A DNA stretch of 48,461 bases from an uncultured archaeon (GTDB lineage Archaea; Thermoproteota; Bathyarchaeia; Bathyarchaeales; DTEX01), in contig CALKGV010000081.1 of the NCBI GenBank assembly GCA_938091805.1, positions 1 through 48,461 of the forward strand. Reading direction: 5' to 3'. Of the stretch, positions 19,315-28,181 are shown in pieces. The position numbers and the translations under genes are program-made. Under the pieces are notes generated by a model. That model was not told the origin of the DNA. It ran no database searches and worked only from the letters and a program-made list of their open reading frames with translations. The first letter of the stretch is position 1. The number at the start of each line of letters is the position of its first letter.

Positions 19315-20124
19315 TCAACATATAGTGTAGCCGCCATCCACCACTAAGTCATGTCCAGTTATATAATTCGCGGCGTCAGAGGCCAGAAATATTACGGCTC
19401 CAACAATGTCTACGGGTTCAGCGAACCTTCCTAAAGGTATTAGCGCCTTCCAATAGTTTGCGTATTCAGGCCGTGAATTTAGCAGTTTATTAACTAGCGG
19501 CGTTAACGTATATCCTGGGCTAACACTGTTAACATTTATATTATATTTTGCCCATTCGACAGCAAGGCTTTTAGTTAACATAATTACACCTGCCTTTGAA
19601 GCGTTATAGTGGGCTTGAGGCTGAGGCCTATTCACGGCTCTGCCAGACATCGAAGCTATGTTTATGATTTTACCATATCTCCTCTTCATCATGCACCGTC
19701 CAACAGCTTGGCACATAAGGGCAACACCCTTCAAGTTGACATTTATCATCCTATCCCATTCCCTCTCATCCATCTCTTCAAACGGGACCCACTGCCCAAT
19801 GCCGTGGCAATTCACTAATATATCAACATGGCCGAAGCTTTCAACAGCGATATTAACGGCATCCTCAACCTGCTTGCGGTCGCACACATCCACAGGTATG
19901 GCTAAAACCTTAACTGGAAAACTCTCTTCCAAAGTCTCTTTAAGGTTCTCTATGCCCTTAATATTCAAATCGAATAATGCAACATCAGCGCCGAACTCGG
20001 CGAGGCCGTAGGCTATAGCGCCGCCAATGCCCCCGCCAGCACCCGTAATGATGGCCTTCTTCCCATTCAGCATAAACATCTCTTTTACAAACCTAAAGCC
20101 GCCAAAACCCAACATTATCACCAA
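19315..20124 (-). CDS. Short-chain dehydrogenase/reductase (sugar/polyol-type)
   Basis: TGAGGGIG, NIASMSG, VNRPQPQAHYNASK, NSVSPGY, VDGGY. Confidence 0.92.
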   Translation of the reverse strand: MVIMLGFGGFRFVKEMFMLNGKKAIITGAGGGIGGAIAYGLAEFGADVALFDLNIKGIENLKETLEESFPVKVLAIPVDVCDRKQVEDAVNIAVESFGHVDILVNCHGIGQWVPFEEMDEREWDRMINVNLKGVALMCQAVGRCMMKRRYGKIINIASMSGRAVNRPQPQAHYNASKAGVIMLTKSLAVEWAKYNINVNSVSPGYTLTPLVNKLLNSRPEYANYWKALIPLGRFAEPVDIVGAVIFLASDAANYITGHDLVVDGGYTIC

Positions 20125-20328
20125 AAATTTAAGAAAGCATCTTTAAAAATAAGATTTGCGAAGAATGAGAAACTGAAACCTTCAAAACCAATAAATTTTT
20201 TAAGCGGATCCTTAAATAGTGTTTCAGCACCCAATGCTTCCTCCAGATTTCTCTTGTAAAATTTAAATAGTCTGAAAAGCCTCATGAAGAGGCATACCCC
20301 AAACATTTATAGGGTTTAGTTTCAAATA

Positions 20329-21219
20329 TTGAAACGATTAATATTGAAGCCCAGCGATTACACAACATCCGACATAATTAAACTCGCCGAGAACGCCCTT
20401 AGAATAGGCAATTATGAGGATGCATCGCGCTTCTTACGATACCTTATGATGCATTTCGGGGCAATTAACGATGAGTCTAACAAGAGGGTTTTCGCCATAA
20501 AAACTGGAGAATGCTGCATGCTGGCAGCCGAGAAGGCTAGAGGCTCCCCAAGGGCAATCATATTATCCGTCAGGGCTGCGGAGGCTTTTCAAGAAGGCGG
20601 AGACATGGAGATGGCAAGTTTAAGCAGATCAAGGATATGGGAACATTACGCAGCAATCAATGAGGGAGAGCCTAGAAGAGACAGCGAACTCATTCACGCA
20701 CTTAAAGTCTTCGGCGACTATCTTGTGAGCAGCGGCGACTTGGAGAAGGCCGCGATCATATATTCGCATGCAGCCAAAAATGCTTCAGAAAGCGGTAGAA
20801 CTCTTCTTGCAGGGGGGCTCTGCAGAGATGCGGGAGATTGCTACCGAAAAATAGGCAACCTAGAATATGCCGTAGATTACTATACTAAGGCCGCAGATGC
20901 GTATCTGCGTTGCCGAGAATACTTTGAAGCCGCGTGGAGCTACTGCAAAGTCAGCCTCACATTTATATGCCTAGGAAAGATGAGGGATGCTTTACAAGCT
21001 GCTGAAAAAGCTGAGTCAGCATGCTACTGGGGCGAGATAGGGATTTTTCTGAAGGATCTGAGCCGCATCTGCAAGTTGCTCAGTCAAGGCTCCCTAGGCG
21101 AAGCCGAGGAAAGCTGGAATAAAATAAAGGCAAAGTTTAGTGGTGAATACGCTCGATTAGTCGAGTTCTCTTTTCAAGCTGCAAGAAAAAATCAATTAGG
21201 TGAAAACGATTTGCGCTAA
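20329..21219 (+). CDS. TPR / alpha-SNAP-like helical repeat protein
   Basis: Repeated A..(Y/F)..AA..(Y/F)...G helices, e.g. AGDCYRKIGNLEYAVDYYTKAADAY. Confidence 0.7.
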   Translation: MKRLILKPSDYTTSDIIKLAENALRIGNYEDASRFLRYLMMHFGAINDESNKRVFAIKTGECCMLAAEKARGSPRAIILSVRAAEAFQEGGDMEMASLSRSRIWEHYAAINEGEPRRDSELIHALKVFGDYLVSSGDLEKAAIIYSHAAKNASESGRTLLAGGLCRDAGDCYRKIGNLEYAVDYYTKAADAYLRCREYFEAAWSYCKVSLTFICLGKMRDALQAAEKAESACYWGEIGIFLKDLSRICKLLSQGSLGEAEESWNKIKAKFSGEYARLVEFSFQAARKNQLGENDLR

Positions 21220-21301
21220 ATATTCTCTACTCCATAATTTTCCATCAGCATTAGAAAAAGTCAAATATTAGATGCCGTTCATCCATTATGGTGCGGCCAT
21301 T

Positions 21302-22417
21302 ATGTGGAAGAAAAGCATCTGGGTGTTCATAGTCCTTGCTTTAGTTTTAGGGATTTGGTATTACCTATTCGGGGGCGAAACGATTCTCGAGGAGCTAACG
21401 CATGGCCGCGCTGCAAGGTTCATTTACGCCGTTCTCGTATCAGCCGGCCTTACGATCATCTACATTCTGACATCGCTGATAATCCGATCAGCCATGTTAA
21501 AGGCTGGAGCAAAAGAGGGCGAAGTAACCATGATCATTGGGGTTGTAAAGGCGGCACTTATTTTAATCGGCATAATCGCCATCCTAAGCGATTGGTTTTC
21601 GCTTGGAGCGCTTGGAACACTCTTTGCAGCTTTCGGAGGAATGTTCCTAGGATGGTCGCTGCAGGGACCTGTGAGCGGATTAGCTGGGTGGCTTCTCATA
21701 TCGATCATCCGCCCGTTCAGCGTCGGCGATAGAGTTCAGCTACCCTCATACGGCTTAGTCGGCGATGTAATAGCTGTTTCGCCTCTTTACACCGTGCTTA
21801 ATCAGGTAGGCGGAAGCGTTGGAAGCGAAGAGCCGGCGAACAGAACCATATTGATACCTAACGCCCTGCTATTCAGCACGCTGATCATAAATTACACGCC
21901 AAAAGAGCAGGAGAGACTAATTGAGCTCTTCCGGAAGAGATTTGAGAAGGGCGAGGGAACATCTGGACCAGCATACATACTTGACGAGTTCGTTCTGAGG
22001 ATAACTTTTGATTCAGACTGGGACGAGGCTGAAAGAATACTTCTTAACGCGGCTAGGGAAGTTACCGCTGACATTATCAAAGCAACTGGGCAGGAACCCT
22101 ACATTCGCGCGGATGTATCAGACTGGTATGGGGTTTTCATGAGGTTAAGATTCATGACCTTGGCTACTGAGAGGCCGAGAATAATGTATGAGCTCACGAA
22201 GAGAATAATTAAGGCTGTAAAGGCAAGCGATAAGGTTGACATAGCCATACCATACGTTTACTCGCTTAAGAGGCCATTTCCAGTTGGGGGCAAACTTGAG
22301 GAGCCGGACATAAAAATCTTTGATAACGAATCGGATGTAGGCAAAACTTCCAGTGCGCCCTCATCCGATTCTACGCCTAGTAAGGAAAATAAAGGCCGCC
22401 AAGCATATGATAGTTAA
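21302..22417 (+). CDS. mscS: MscS-family mechanosensitive channel
   Basis: TM helices, GWSLQGPVSGLAGWL, RPFSVGDRVQ, GDVIAV, ILIPNALL. Confidence 0.88.
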   Translation: MWKKSIWVFIVLALVLGIWYYLFGGETILEELTHGRAARFIYAVLVSAGLTIIYILTSLIIRSAMLKAGAKEGEVTMIIGVVKAALILIGIIAILSDWFSLGALGTLFAAFGGMFLGWSLQGPVSGLAGWLLISIIRPFSVGDRVQLPSYGLVGDVIAVSPLYTVLNQVGGSVGSEEPANRTILIPNALLFSTLIINYTPKEQERLIELFRKRFEKGEGTSGPAYILDEFVLRITFDSDWDEAERILLNAAREVTADIIKATGQEPYIRADVSDWYGVFMRLRFMTLATERPRIMYELTKRIIKAVKASDKVDIAIPYVYSLKRPFPVGGKLEEPDIKIFDNESDVGKTSSAPSSDSTPSKENKGRQAYDS

Positions 22418-22786
22418 GACCGTAGCGAGTATAATTAGCAGAAGCGAATACTGGCCGGAACCAAGAATTATTGGAATAGGACCAATTAGAAAGATAAAGC
22501 TGAGAGAATCCTTTAGCCCCGTAAGTAGGGCGGCTAAAAATAAAATTATCATCCCGATGAACATTAGCATGAAGCCTATAATGAACAATTTTATGAATGA
22601 AGATTGAAGAACCCCCCTCCTCTCAGTCTCCGCACCTAATCTGGCAGATACCTCGGTTTTTCCGTAGCATTCAAGACATAGCCATGTATATGGTTCTATA
22701 CAACGCTCACATACGGCTTTGCCGCATTCCTGACAGATATATCTTGCATTTCTCTTACCGCATAGTTCACACATCTTAACGCTCAA
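22361..22786 (-). CDS. Zn-finger (4x CxxC) fused to a DUF131-like membrane module
   Basis: CELC, CQEC, CERC, CLEC followed by TM-IGPIPIILG-TM. Confidence 0.75.
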   Translation of the reverse strand: MSVKMCELCGKRNARYICQECGKAVCERCIEPYTWLCLECYGKTEVSARLGAETERRGVLQSSFIKLFIIGFMLMFIGMIILFLAALLTGLKDSLSFIFLIGPIPIILGSGQYSLLLIILATVLTIICLAAFIFLTRRRIG

Positions 22787-22806
22787 TTTTCCATCCCCTT
22801 AAATCT

Positions 22807-23079
22807 TTAGCGGGGCAATAATGCTTGACTTAAAATAAGCATGAACACAAGCGCCACCAAAATCAATATGATTGAAAGAACCAGCAGAATCTTCACTGAC
22901 TCTCTATCAGTCCCAAAAATTATCGGAATCGGACCAATCATAATCAATCCGCCTCCACCAACTTTTCCGTGAGCCCGCACGCCTGACAAAAGCATCATCA
23001 TAGCTGCGATAAATGTTAATATAAAACCTAAAATAATCAATATTAAGCCTAACAGCGCGAGAGATGGAAACCCGGCCAT
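22807..23079 (-). CDS. DUF131 (TIGR00304-like) membrane protein
   Basis: GGGLIMIGPIPIIFGTD between two TM helices. Confidence 0.85.
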   Translation of the reverse strand: MAGFPSLALLGLILIILGFILTFIAAMMMLLSGVRAHGKVGGGGLIMIGPIPIIFGTDRESVKILLVLSIILILVALVFMLILSQALLPR

Positions 23080-23172
23080 ATCATTCCCACCAACAACTAA
23101 CTAATATAAACTTACTCAAATAATTTTTCCACGAAATCGCTTAGCCTCAACCATTCTAAAGGCACCAACTCG

Positions 23173-23697
23173 CTATTTAAGATTAAGGCGGACAAGGGGG
23201 AAATCATCTTTCCCACTTACTATTTTGAAGTTATTTTTTAAATAGAAGTTTAATGGTCCGGAGGGATTGTTTTCAGAGCTAATTCTCGCAAAGGTTTCAA
23301 TGGCCATAAATCCCTTTTCTTTTAATTCCTCTATCAAGTTTTTAAGCATAAGGGTTCCAAAGCCCTTTCTCCTCTGATTTCCATCCAGGATGTAAAGACA
23401 CGCTATGAACGCAGCGTCCTCATTCGGCGGACCCGAAGCATATTCTCTTACGCGTGGAAAATATACTGCCGGAGCATACTGCATAAATCCTATCGCAGCA
23501 TCATCGAGGCAGGCTACTTTAACGCAGCTTCCAAACTCTCTCAGCACCCTCTTAAGCCAGCGCATCTTTTCCTCCTCTCCGCTCTCCATAAGCAAGGAGG
23601 AATCGGATTCTCCCAACGTTTGCCAATAAAGGCAGCGTCTGCACGGGTTTGGAACACTTAAAAAGGTGCCCTCATCAATTTTCACGATCCTAAACAA
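23173..23697 (-). CDS. GNAT-family acetyltransferase with an N-terminal CxxC
   Basis: SD GGTGA plus TTG at 23697. CRRCLYW, GFMQYAP, FIACLYI, RRKGFGTLML, FYLKNNF. The longer 24027 start overlaps RPA. Confidence 0.82.
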   Translation of the reverse strand: MFRIVKIDEGTFLSVPNPCRRCLYWQTLGESDSSLLMESGEEEKMRWLKRVLREFGSCVKVACLDDAAIGFMQYAPAVYFPRVREYASGPPNEDAAFIACLYILDGNQRRKGFGTLMLKNLIEELKEKGFMAIETFARISSENNPSGPLNFYLKNNFKIVSGKDDFPLVRLNLK

Positions 23698-23788
23698 TGC
23701 TTCACCCTCTTGCCGCAATATCCTTTTTGCATGCACAGGAAGAAGATAGGTAAGCTTTAATATTATTGTTTGCTTTTGTAATTCGTTA

Positions 23789-24664
23789 GTGCCTGAAATG
23801 ATGCTTGAAGAAATCATCCGGAAGATTCTTTCAGCTAAACCTGAATTGACATATGAAGAAGTTTTAAAGATGATTGAGTTAAAAGAGAAGAAAGCCAGAG
23901 GCTTCTTAACCCGCGAGAGCGCTGCTTTATCCTTAGCTGTTGAACTTGGGGTTGCCGCGGGAGAAACCTCCTTTAGGCGTGAGATGCAGATTAAAGACCT
24001 AGTTTCCGGCTTAAATGATGTGACCATTACAGGTCGTGTGATAAATGTCTCTCAAATTAAAAAGTTCATACGTCAAAATGGGGGCGAGGGTGCCAAAAGA
24101 AGCATTCATATAGCCGACAGAACAGGGATTGCTAAGGTAATCCTATGGGATGAAAAGGCCCTAGTCTCGGAGCCAGGGCGCATATTGGACAGACTGGTTA
24201 GACTGCGTCACGCTTCAGTGAAACGTAGAGCCGGTGGAAAATTAGAGTTAAATGTCGGATCTAAAGGTGAAATGGAAATAGATCCGGAAGACTTGAGAGA
24301 GGAGGACTATCCGCCTCTAATATCCTTCACGGAGAAAGCAGGTAAAATCGCTGGCAACGAGAGAAATGTCAGCATCATCGGAATCGTGAAACAAGCCTAT
24401 CCGATAATTACATTTAGAAGGGAGGATGGTTGCGAAGGGAAGGTTAGACGTGTGAAAATTAAAAATCACACAGGCGAAGTCACCCTGGTACTCTGGGATG
24501 AGAACGCCGACGCCATTTCAGAAGATCAAATTGGGAGACATGTGGCGGTTTTAGCGGTGGACGCTAGAAAGCGATTTGATGAACGGGTGGAACTTCACAC
24601 AAAAAATAAGACAGTAATAGTCCTCTTAACAAAGAGGCCTTCAGGCTTCGAAATGGAAGAATAA
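23789..24664 (+). CDS. Replication protein A / multi-OB-fold ssDNA-binding protein
   Basis: N-terminal helical domain (GFLTRESAA..A.ELGV) and two OB folds (F.R..G.EG, DRTG...LWDE). Confidence 0.85.
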   Translation: MPEMMLEEIIRKILSAKPELTYEEVLKMIELKEKKARGFLTRESAALSLAVELGVAAGETSFRREMQIKDLVSGLNDVTITGRVINVSQIKKFIRQNGGEGAKRSIHIADRTGIAKVILWDEKALVSEPGRILDRLVRLRHASVKRRAGGKLELNVGSKGEMEIDPEDLREEDYPPLISFTEKAGKIAGNERNVSIIGIVKQAYPIITFRREDGCEGKVRRVKIKNHTGEVTLVLWDENADAISEDQIGRHVAVLAVDARKRFDERVELHTKNKTVIVLLTKRPSGFEMEE

Positions 24665-24736
24665 TAAAAAATCTCTAGTCTCAATTGGTAAAAATATTTT
24701 CAAAAAAATAAAAAATAAAAATGGATTCTTCGCCGT

Positions 24737-25015
24737 CTACTCTTTCTTCGCCAGCGAGATTTCTATCGTTGAAACATTAGTTTTCGGCCGGTCTGGACTC
24801 GACATCTCCTGGGTGCCTATCTCAATTTTCTCTATGTTAAGGTCCTTGAGAAAGGCGCGGCGTAGGAGCTCAACAACATCCACGGCTCTGCTTATGGATC
24901 TACCTCTAGCCTTGACTACAACTCTCTTAGCGCCAGAGTTAAATGCTGTTAGACAAGCAACCACATAGTTCATAACGGGCTTTTTTCCGACCATCACCTG
25001 ACTTTCTTCAGCCAT
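24737..25015 (-). CDS. albA: Chromatin protein Alba
   Basis: VGKKPVMNYV, KARGRSISRAVDV, VSTIEI. Confidence 0.96.
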   Translation of the reverse strand: MAEESQVMVGKKPVMNYVVACLTAFNSGAKRVVVKARGRSISRAVDVVELLRRAFLKDLNIEKIEIGTQEMSSPDRPKTNVSTIEISLAKKE

Positions 25016-25051
25016 AGAGGATTTCTACTCCTTTACTGTTTATTCTTTCAT

Positions 25052-25068
25052 GTTCTTATTTTAAGAAC
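25052..25068. promoter_or_regulatory. Perfect 7-3-7 palindrome, candidate operator of alba
   Basis: GTTCTTA-TTT-TAAGAAC lies between a minus-strand TATA-like TTATAT (~25073-25080) and the alba start. Confidence 0.4.
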
Positions 25069-25182
25069 TTTGATATAATACTTTCCCTTTTTGCTGTTTC
25101 ACTGCATTAGCAAACAGATTACGATCAGAAATAACCTGAAATGCAAAGAGAAAACAGCATACGCAATTACGTAATATACCCT

Positions 25183-27030
25183 TTATAACAGCATAGATAG
25201 AACTATAAACGCGAAACCTAGAAAAACGAAGATTGATGAACTTAACCTAGCTTTCTTCGCGACTCTATCGGTTAATAAACTAAGCTCGCTGATCTGCTTT
25301 TCCCCCACAACTTTTACCTTCGGAATAAGCACCTTGCGCCATACCACTATAACCTCATCCATGCTCCTCATAGCCTCCAAGGCAGCCCGTCTCGTATACT
25401 CGATTATCTTATCATGATCTACAACCTCGCCTACTGGATGGTAACCCCTATCTGCTAACACAATAGCGTTAACTATATGCGTGTCGGTTGTGAAAACCTC
25501 GCCGCAATCTATGCCTACTCCCCTTAAATCTGAAAGTATCTTACCGCGGAGATTGGAAACCATATTATTACCATCTATGGTTACATATGCGGTTATTTCC
25601 CCGCCAACCTCAACCAAAATTACGGTTATACCTCCAGGGCCCATCCCATCCTTAAGACCCAGATCTTCAGGAACAAATTTTCCAGCGCCAACCCTCACAG
25701 CACCCATTTTACTCCTTAGGCGCGCAGCTTCTTTTAGCGCAGATACAGCTGCCTCCCCAATCAACAGCGTAGCCTTCTCCAAATCGAAGGGGCCATTAAT
25801 GCTGTTATGGGCATCAACAACGATTGCCCATGGAAAACCCATTTTCTCCGCCTCCCGCATTATGATGTCATTTAGTTCCAAGGGCAGATCCTCCATTGTT
25901 TCAGGGGCCAAGGTTAAAGTTAAAAGCACGCATCCCCCGAAAACCTGACAGCCAACCTTCGCCCCATTTCTTTCAATCATAAGAAAAGAGGATGCATTAT
26001 CGGAGAAGCCGCTGGCTTCCTCCATTAATGCTTTGCTTAAACTCTCCAGCACTTTTCTATTTTGCTCTTGCGAAGCTAGATCGAGCTCATGACCTGAAAT
26101 CCCATGCGGAACAGAAACTACACATTCCGCTTCTTTCTCCAACAGTTTCTGTATTAATTCTGGAAGCGGACTGCTGCCTATGTTTTTAAAGGGGCCTGGA
26201 TGTAGATTTGGAACCACAAGGATGGCCTTTAACTTATTGTCATGTTTGCCCCTGAACATTAGTAATGAAATATTTATATCGCGTTCTTCACCGATCTGCT
26301 CCAATATCTCTTCAAAAGGTTGCCCGAAGCTTTCAGCCCAATCAGCAAGGAAGGCCCTAAAAAGCTTAAGTGAAGGAATACCAAAGGTTTTCATTCCAAT
26401 ACTATCTAAGCTCTTTCTGAAGAGCCAGACGCCTAGCATGGAAAAAGCCAAGGCTAAAAGAGGGTAAAACGCGTAATGCACACGGAGATTTCCCATTTGA
26501 ACAAGAGCTACTAGGGTGAATAATGCTGAAGGCTGAAGAAAACCTGAGAGGAATTTTTTCAAAGGATCGGAGAATGATATTGTGAATATGACTAGAAACC
26601 GTAATATTAGATCTGCGAAGAAACCTAAAGAAGCAGCTTTGATAAATAGGTCTACGCTGGAAAAGTAGAGTAGGAGCGCATGAGCTATTAGAATAAAGAT
26701 AAAGAAAAACATGTTAGATAAGAAGGATAGAAACAGGCATCTTCTAAGATTTAAAATTACATCTTTCCTTAGCAGCAATCCAGTTGAGAGGTATTCCATG
26801 AGTAGACTTACCGCGAAATAAAATAATCCAAGGGAGAAGCTGCCGATGAACCATGGTGCGGAAGGGTTCAGCGGGGCATTACCAGCGAAGCCTAAAAGTA
26901 GGGCTCCGGCAAACAGACAAATAATTGTCCCCCTATAGGAGGGAAGCTTGAATAGGGAAGAGTAATGTTTAACCGCTAAATCAATGTTGCTCCTGAAGGA
27001 ACTTCTCATGAAACAAATTGTTAAGCCCAT
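25183..27030 (-). CDS. DUF2070 membrane protein
   Basis: Multiple N-terminal TM helices, HPGPF..IGSS, HGISGHELD, VDAHN, DGNNM, TTDTH. Confidence 0.88.
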   Translation of the reverse strand: MGLTICFMRSSFRSNIDLAVKHYSSLFKLPSYRGTIICLFAGALLLGFAGNAPLNPSAPWFIGSFSLGLFYFAVSLLMEYLSTGLLLRKDVILNLRRCLFLSFLSNMFFFIFILIAHALLLYFSSVDLFIKAASLGFFADLILRFLVIFTISFSDPLKKFLSGFLQPSALFTLVALVQMGNLRVHYAFYPLLALAFSMLGVWLFRKSLDSIGMKTFGIPSLKLFRAFLADWAESFGQPFEEILEQIGEERDINISLLMFRGKHDNKLKAILVVPNLHPGPFKNIGSSPLPELIQKLLEKEAECVVSVPHGISGHELDLASQEQNRKVLESLSKALMEEASGFSDNASSFLMIERNGAKVGCQVFGGCVLLTLTLAPETMEDLPLELNDIIMREAEKMGFPWAIVVDAHNSINGPFDLEKATLLIGEAAVSALKEAARLRSKMGAVRVGAGKFVPEDLGLKDGMGPGGITVILVEVGGEITAYVTIDGNNMVSNLRGKILSDLRGVGIDCGEVFTTDTHIVNAIVLADRGYHPVGEVVDHDKIIEYTRRAALEAMRSMDEVIVVWRKVLIPKVKVVGEKQISELSLLTDRVAKKARLSSSIFVFLGFAFIVLSMLL

Positions 27031-27080
27031 TGAACGTTAATTTTTTGTTACTGGAATATTTAAAGCTGATACCCTTACCT

Positions 27081-27442
27081 GTGAACTACCATCCTACCTT
27101 GTAGGATTGTTTCTCCGCTTTAGCAGAGTTAAGGGCTGGTTCACATGCAGCCCGTCTAAGGCATGTAGCCCAAAGACCTCTCAAACTTTTTAGCTATGTT
27201 TATGGCTCCGTTTAGGTCAGCGTTGTATTCTCCGCAGCGTTTTGCCTTTACCATTAACTCTTCGCCTATTCAAAAAGTTTCCAGAACTAAGAAAAGAAAC
27301 TGTAAAGGCAAACTTTGGAGCACAAGCTACTACGCGGGCACAGCAGGACACGTCTCAGCGGAAACCATAGCAAATACATTGGAGAACATAAAATGCAATT
27401 CATCCACCCTTCAAAGAAAGGTGGTCTTCTTGCTGAGTCTTT
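27081..27442 (-). mobile_element. Internally deleted IS605 element retaining both ends and the tnpA and tnpB 3' tails
   Basis: Minus strand: KRCGEYNADLNGAINIAKKF (TnpB Zn finger/RuvC-III), then hairpins ending ..GGTAGTTCAC at 27081. Plus strand: LRLFKKFPELRKE..KLWSTSYYAGTAGHVSAETI (TnpA C-terminus), then left-end hairpin CCACCCTTC-AAAG-AAAGGTGG. TAM-like TTTAT flank. Confidence 0.85.
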
Positions 27443-27648
27443 ATAAAGGATGACCGATATGCTAGCACTATTAAAAAAATTTGACACCTTTATGTTTTTT
27501 CCATGAAGGCTTTCCGGGGAATTTCAAAAGGGGTAAGAGAAAGTATAGCCAAAGGAAAACAATACAAGCTTTATTTTAGAGGCAAAAAACGCCTTTGGAG
27601 CTGCGAAAGGCTCTTATTCTTAAACGCTTAAATTCTATTCGAAAAGAC

Positions 27649-27948
27649 ATGTCAGAGAAATCTCCGCCCATAACGATATTTCACATGCTTGAAAGGCATG
27701 TGGGAAAAAGAATACATGTTGTGATGGACGTTTCCTACGGATTTGAGGGAACACTGACTGCTGTTACGATCGAACCTCCAGGTATATGGCTCTCCGAAGC
27801 TGTGGCAACGGTTCTCAGATCAACGATAGCTCAGCCTATACCGCAAGTGGTAAGTAGAGAAGAACGAAGTGAAATATTCATAAACCTTAATCACGTTCAG
27901 AGAATAGAGATTTTACATGAAGAGACTCGCAGAATGCGCCAGCCATAG
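27649..27948 (+). CDS. Divergent Sm/Lsm-fold protein
   Basis: LERHVGKRIHVVM..YGFEGTLTAV....IWLSEA and EIFINLNHVQRIEI follow the Sm1/Sm2 strand pattern. TATA-like CTTAAAT ~20 bp upstream of the ATG. Confidence 0.6.
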   Translation: MSEKSPPITIFHMLERHVGKRIHVVMDVSYGFEGTLTAVTIEPPGIWLSEAVATVLRSTIAQPIPQVVSREERSEIFINLNHVQRIEILHEETRRMRQP

Positions 27949-27949
27949 C

Positions 27950-28129
27950 TTATATTGATGCAAACTGGATTATTATACAGATTGTAAGAAAAGCTAAGGT
28001 TAATATTATCAGCGTTCTAGGCTTAATCTTTACTCCTAAACTTTCCTCTTCAAAAAATCTTAGTAGTCCAGCGCTAGTAGCCGGCGCCGGCGCAGCTCTT
28101 TGCCTACGCCTTTCTCTTCGACTGCTCAA
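27950..28129 (-). CDS. secG: Preprotein translocase Sec61beta subunit (59 aa, absent from the ORF track)
   Basis: TTG start, MSSRRERRRQRAAPAPATSAGLLRFFEEESLGVKIKPRTLIILTLAFLTICIIIQFASI*, carrying the SAGLLRFF.EE...KI.P signature. Confidence 0.9.
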   Translation of the reverse strand: MSSRRERRRQRAAPAPATSAGLLRFFEEESLGVKIKPRTLIILTLAFLTICIIIQFASI

Positions 28130-28181
28130 GATTAATGCACCAAATTGTAGAAAATGTTTTCTAACTAATTAACTTTTGCTC

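Noticed and set aside
19101-19337. 78-aa minus-strand ORF
   Set aside because: It is the antisense of the tRNA-Arg gene.
27196-27487. 85-aa and 66-aa ORFs
   Set aside because: Chimeric read-through of the IS605 remnant, not real genes.
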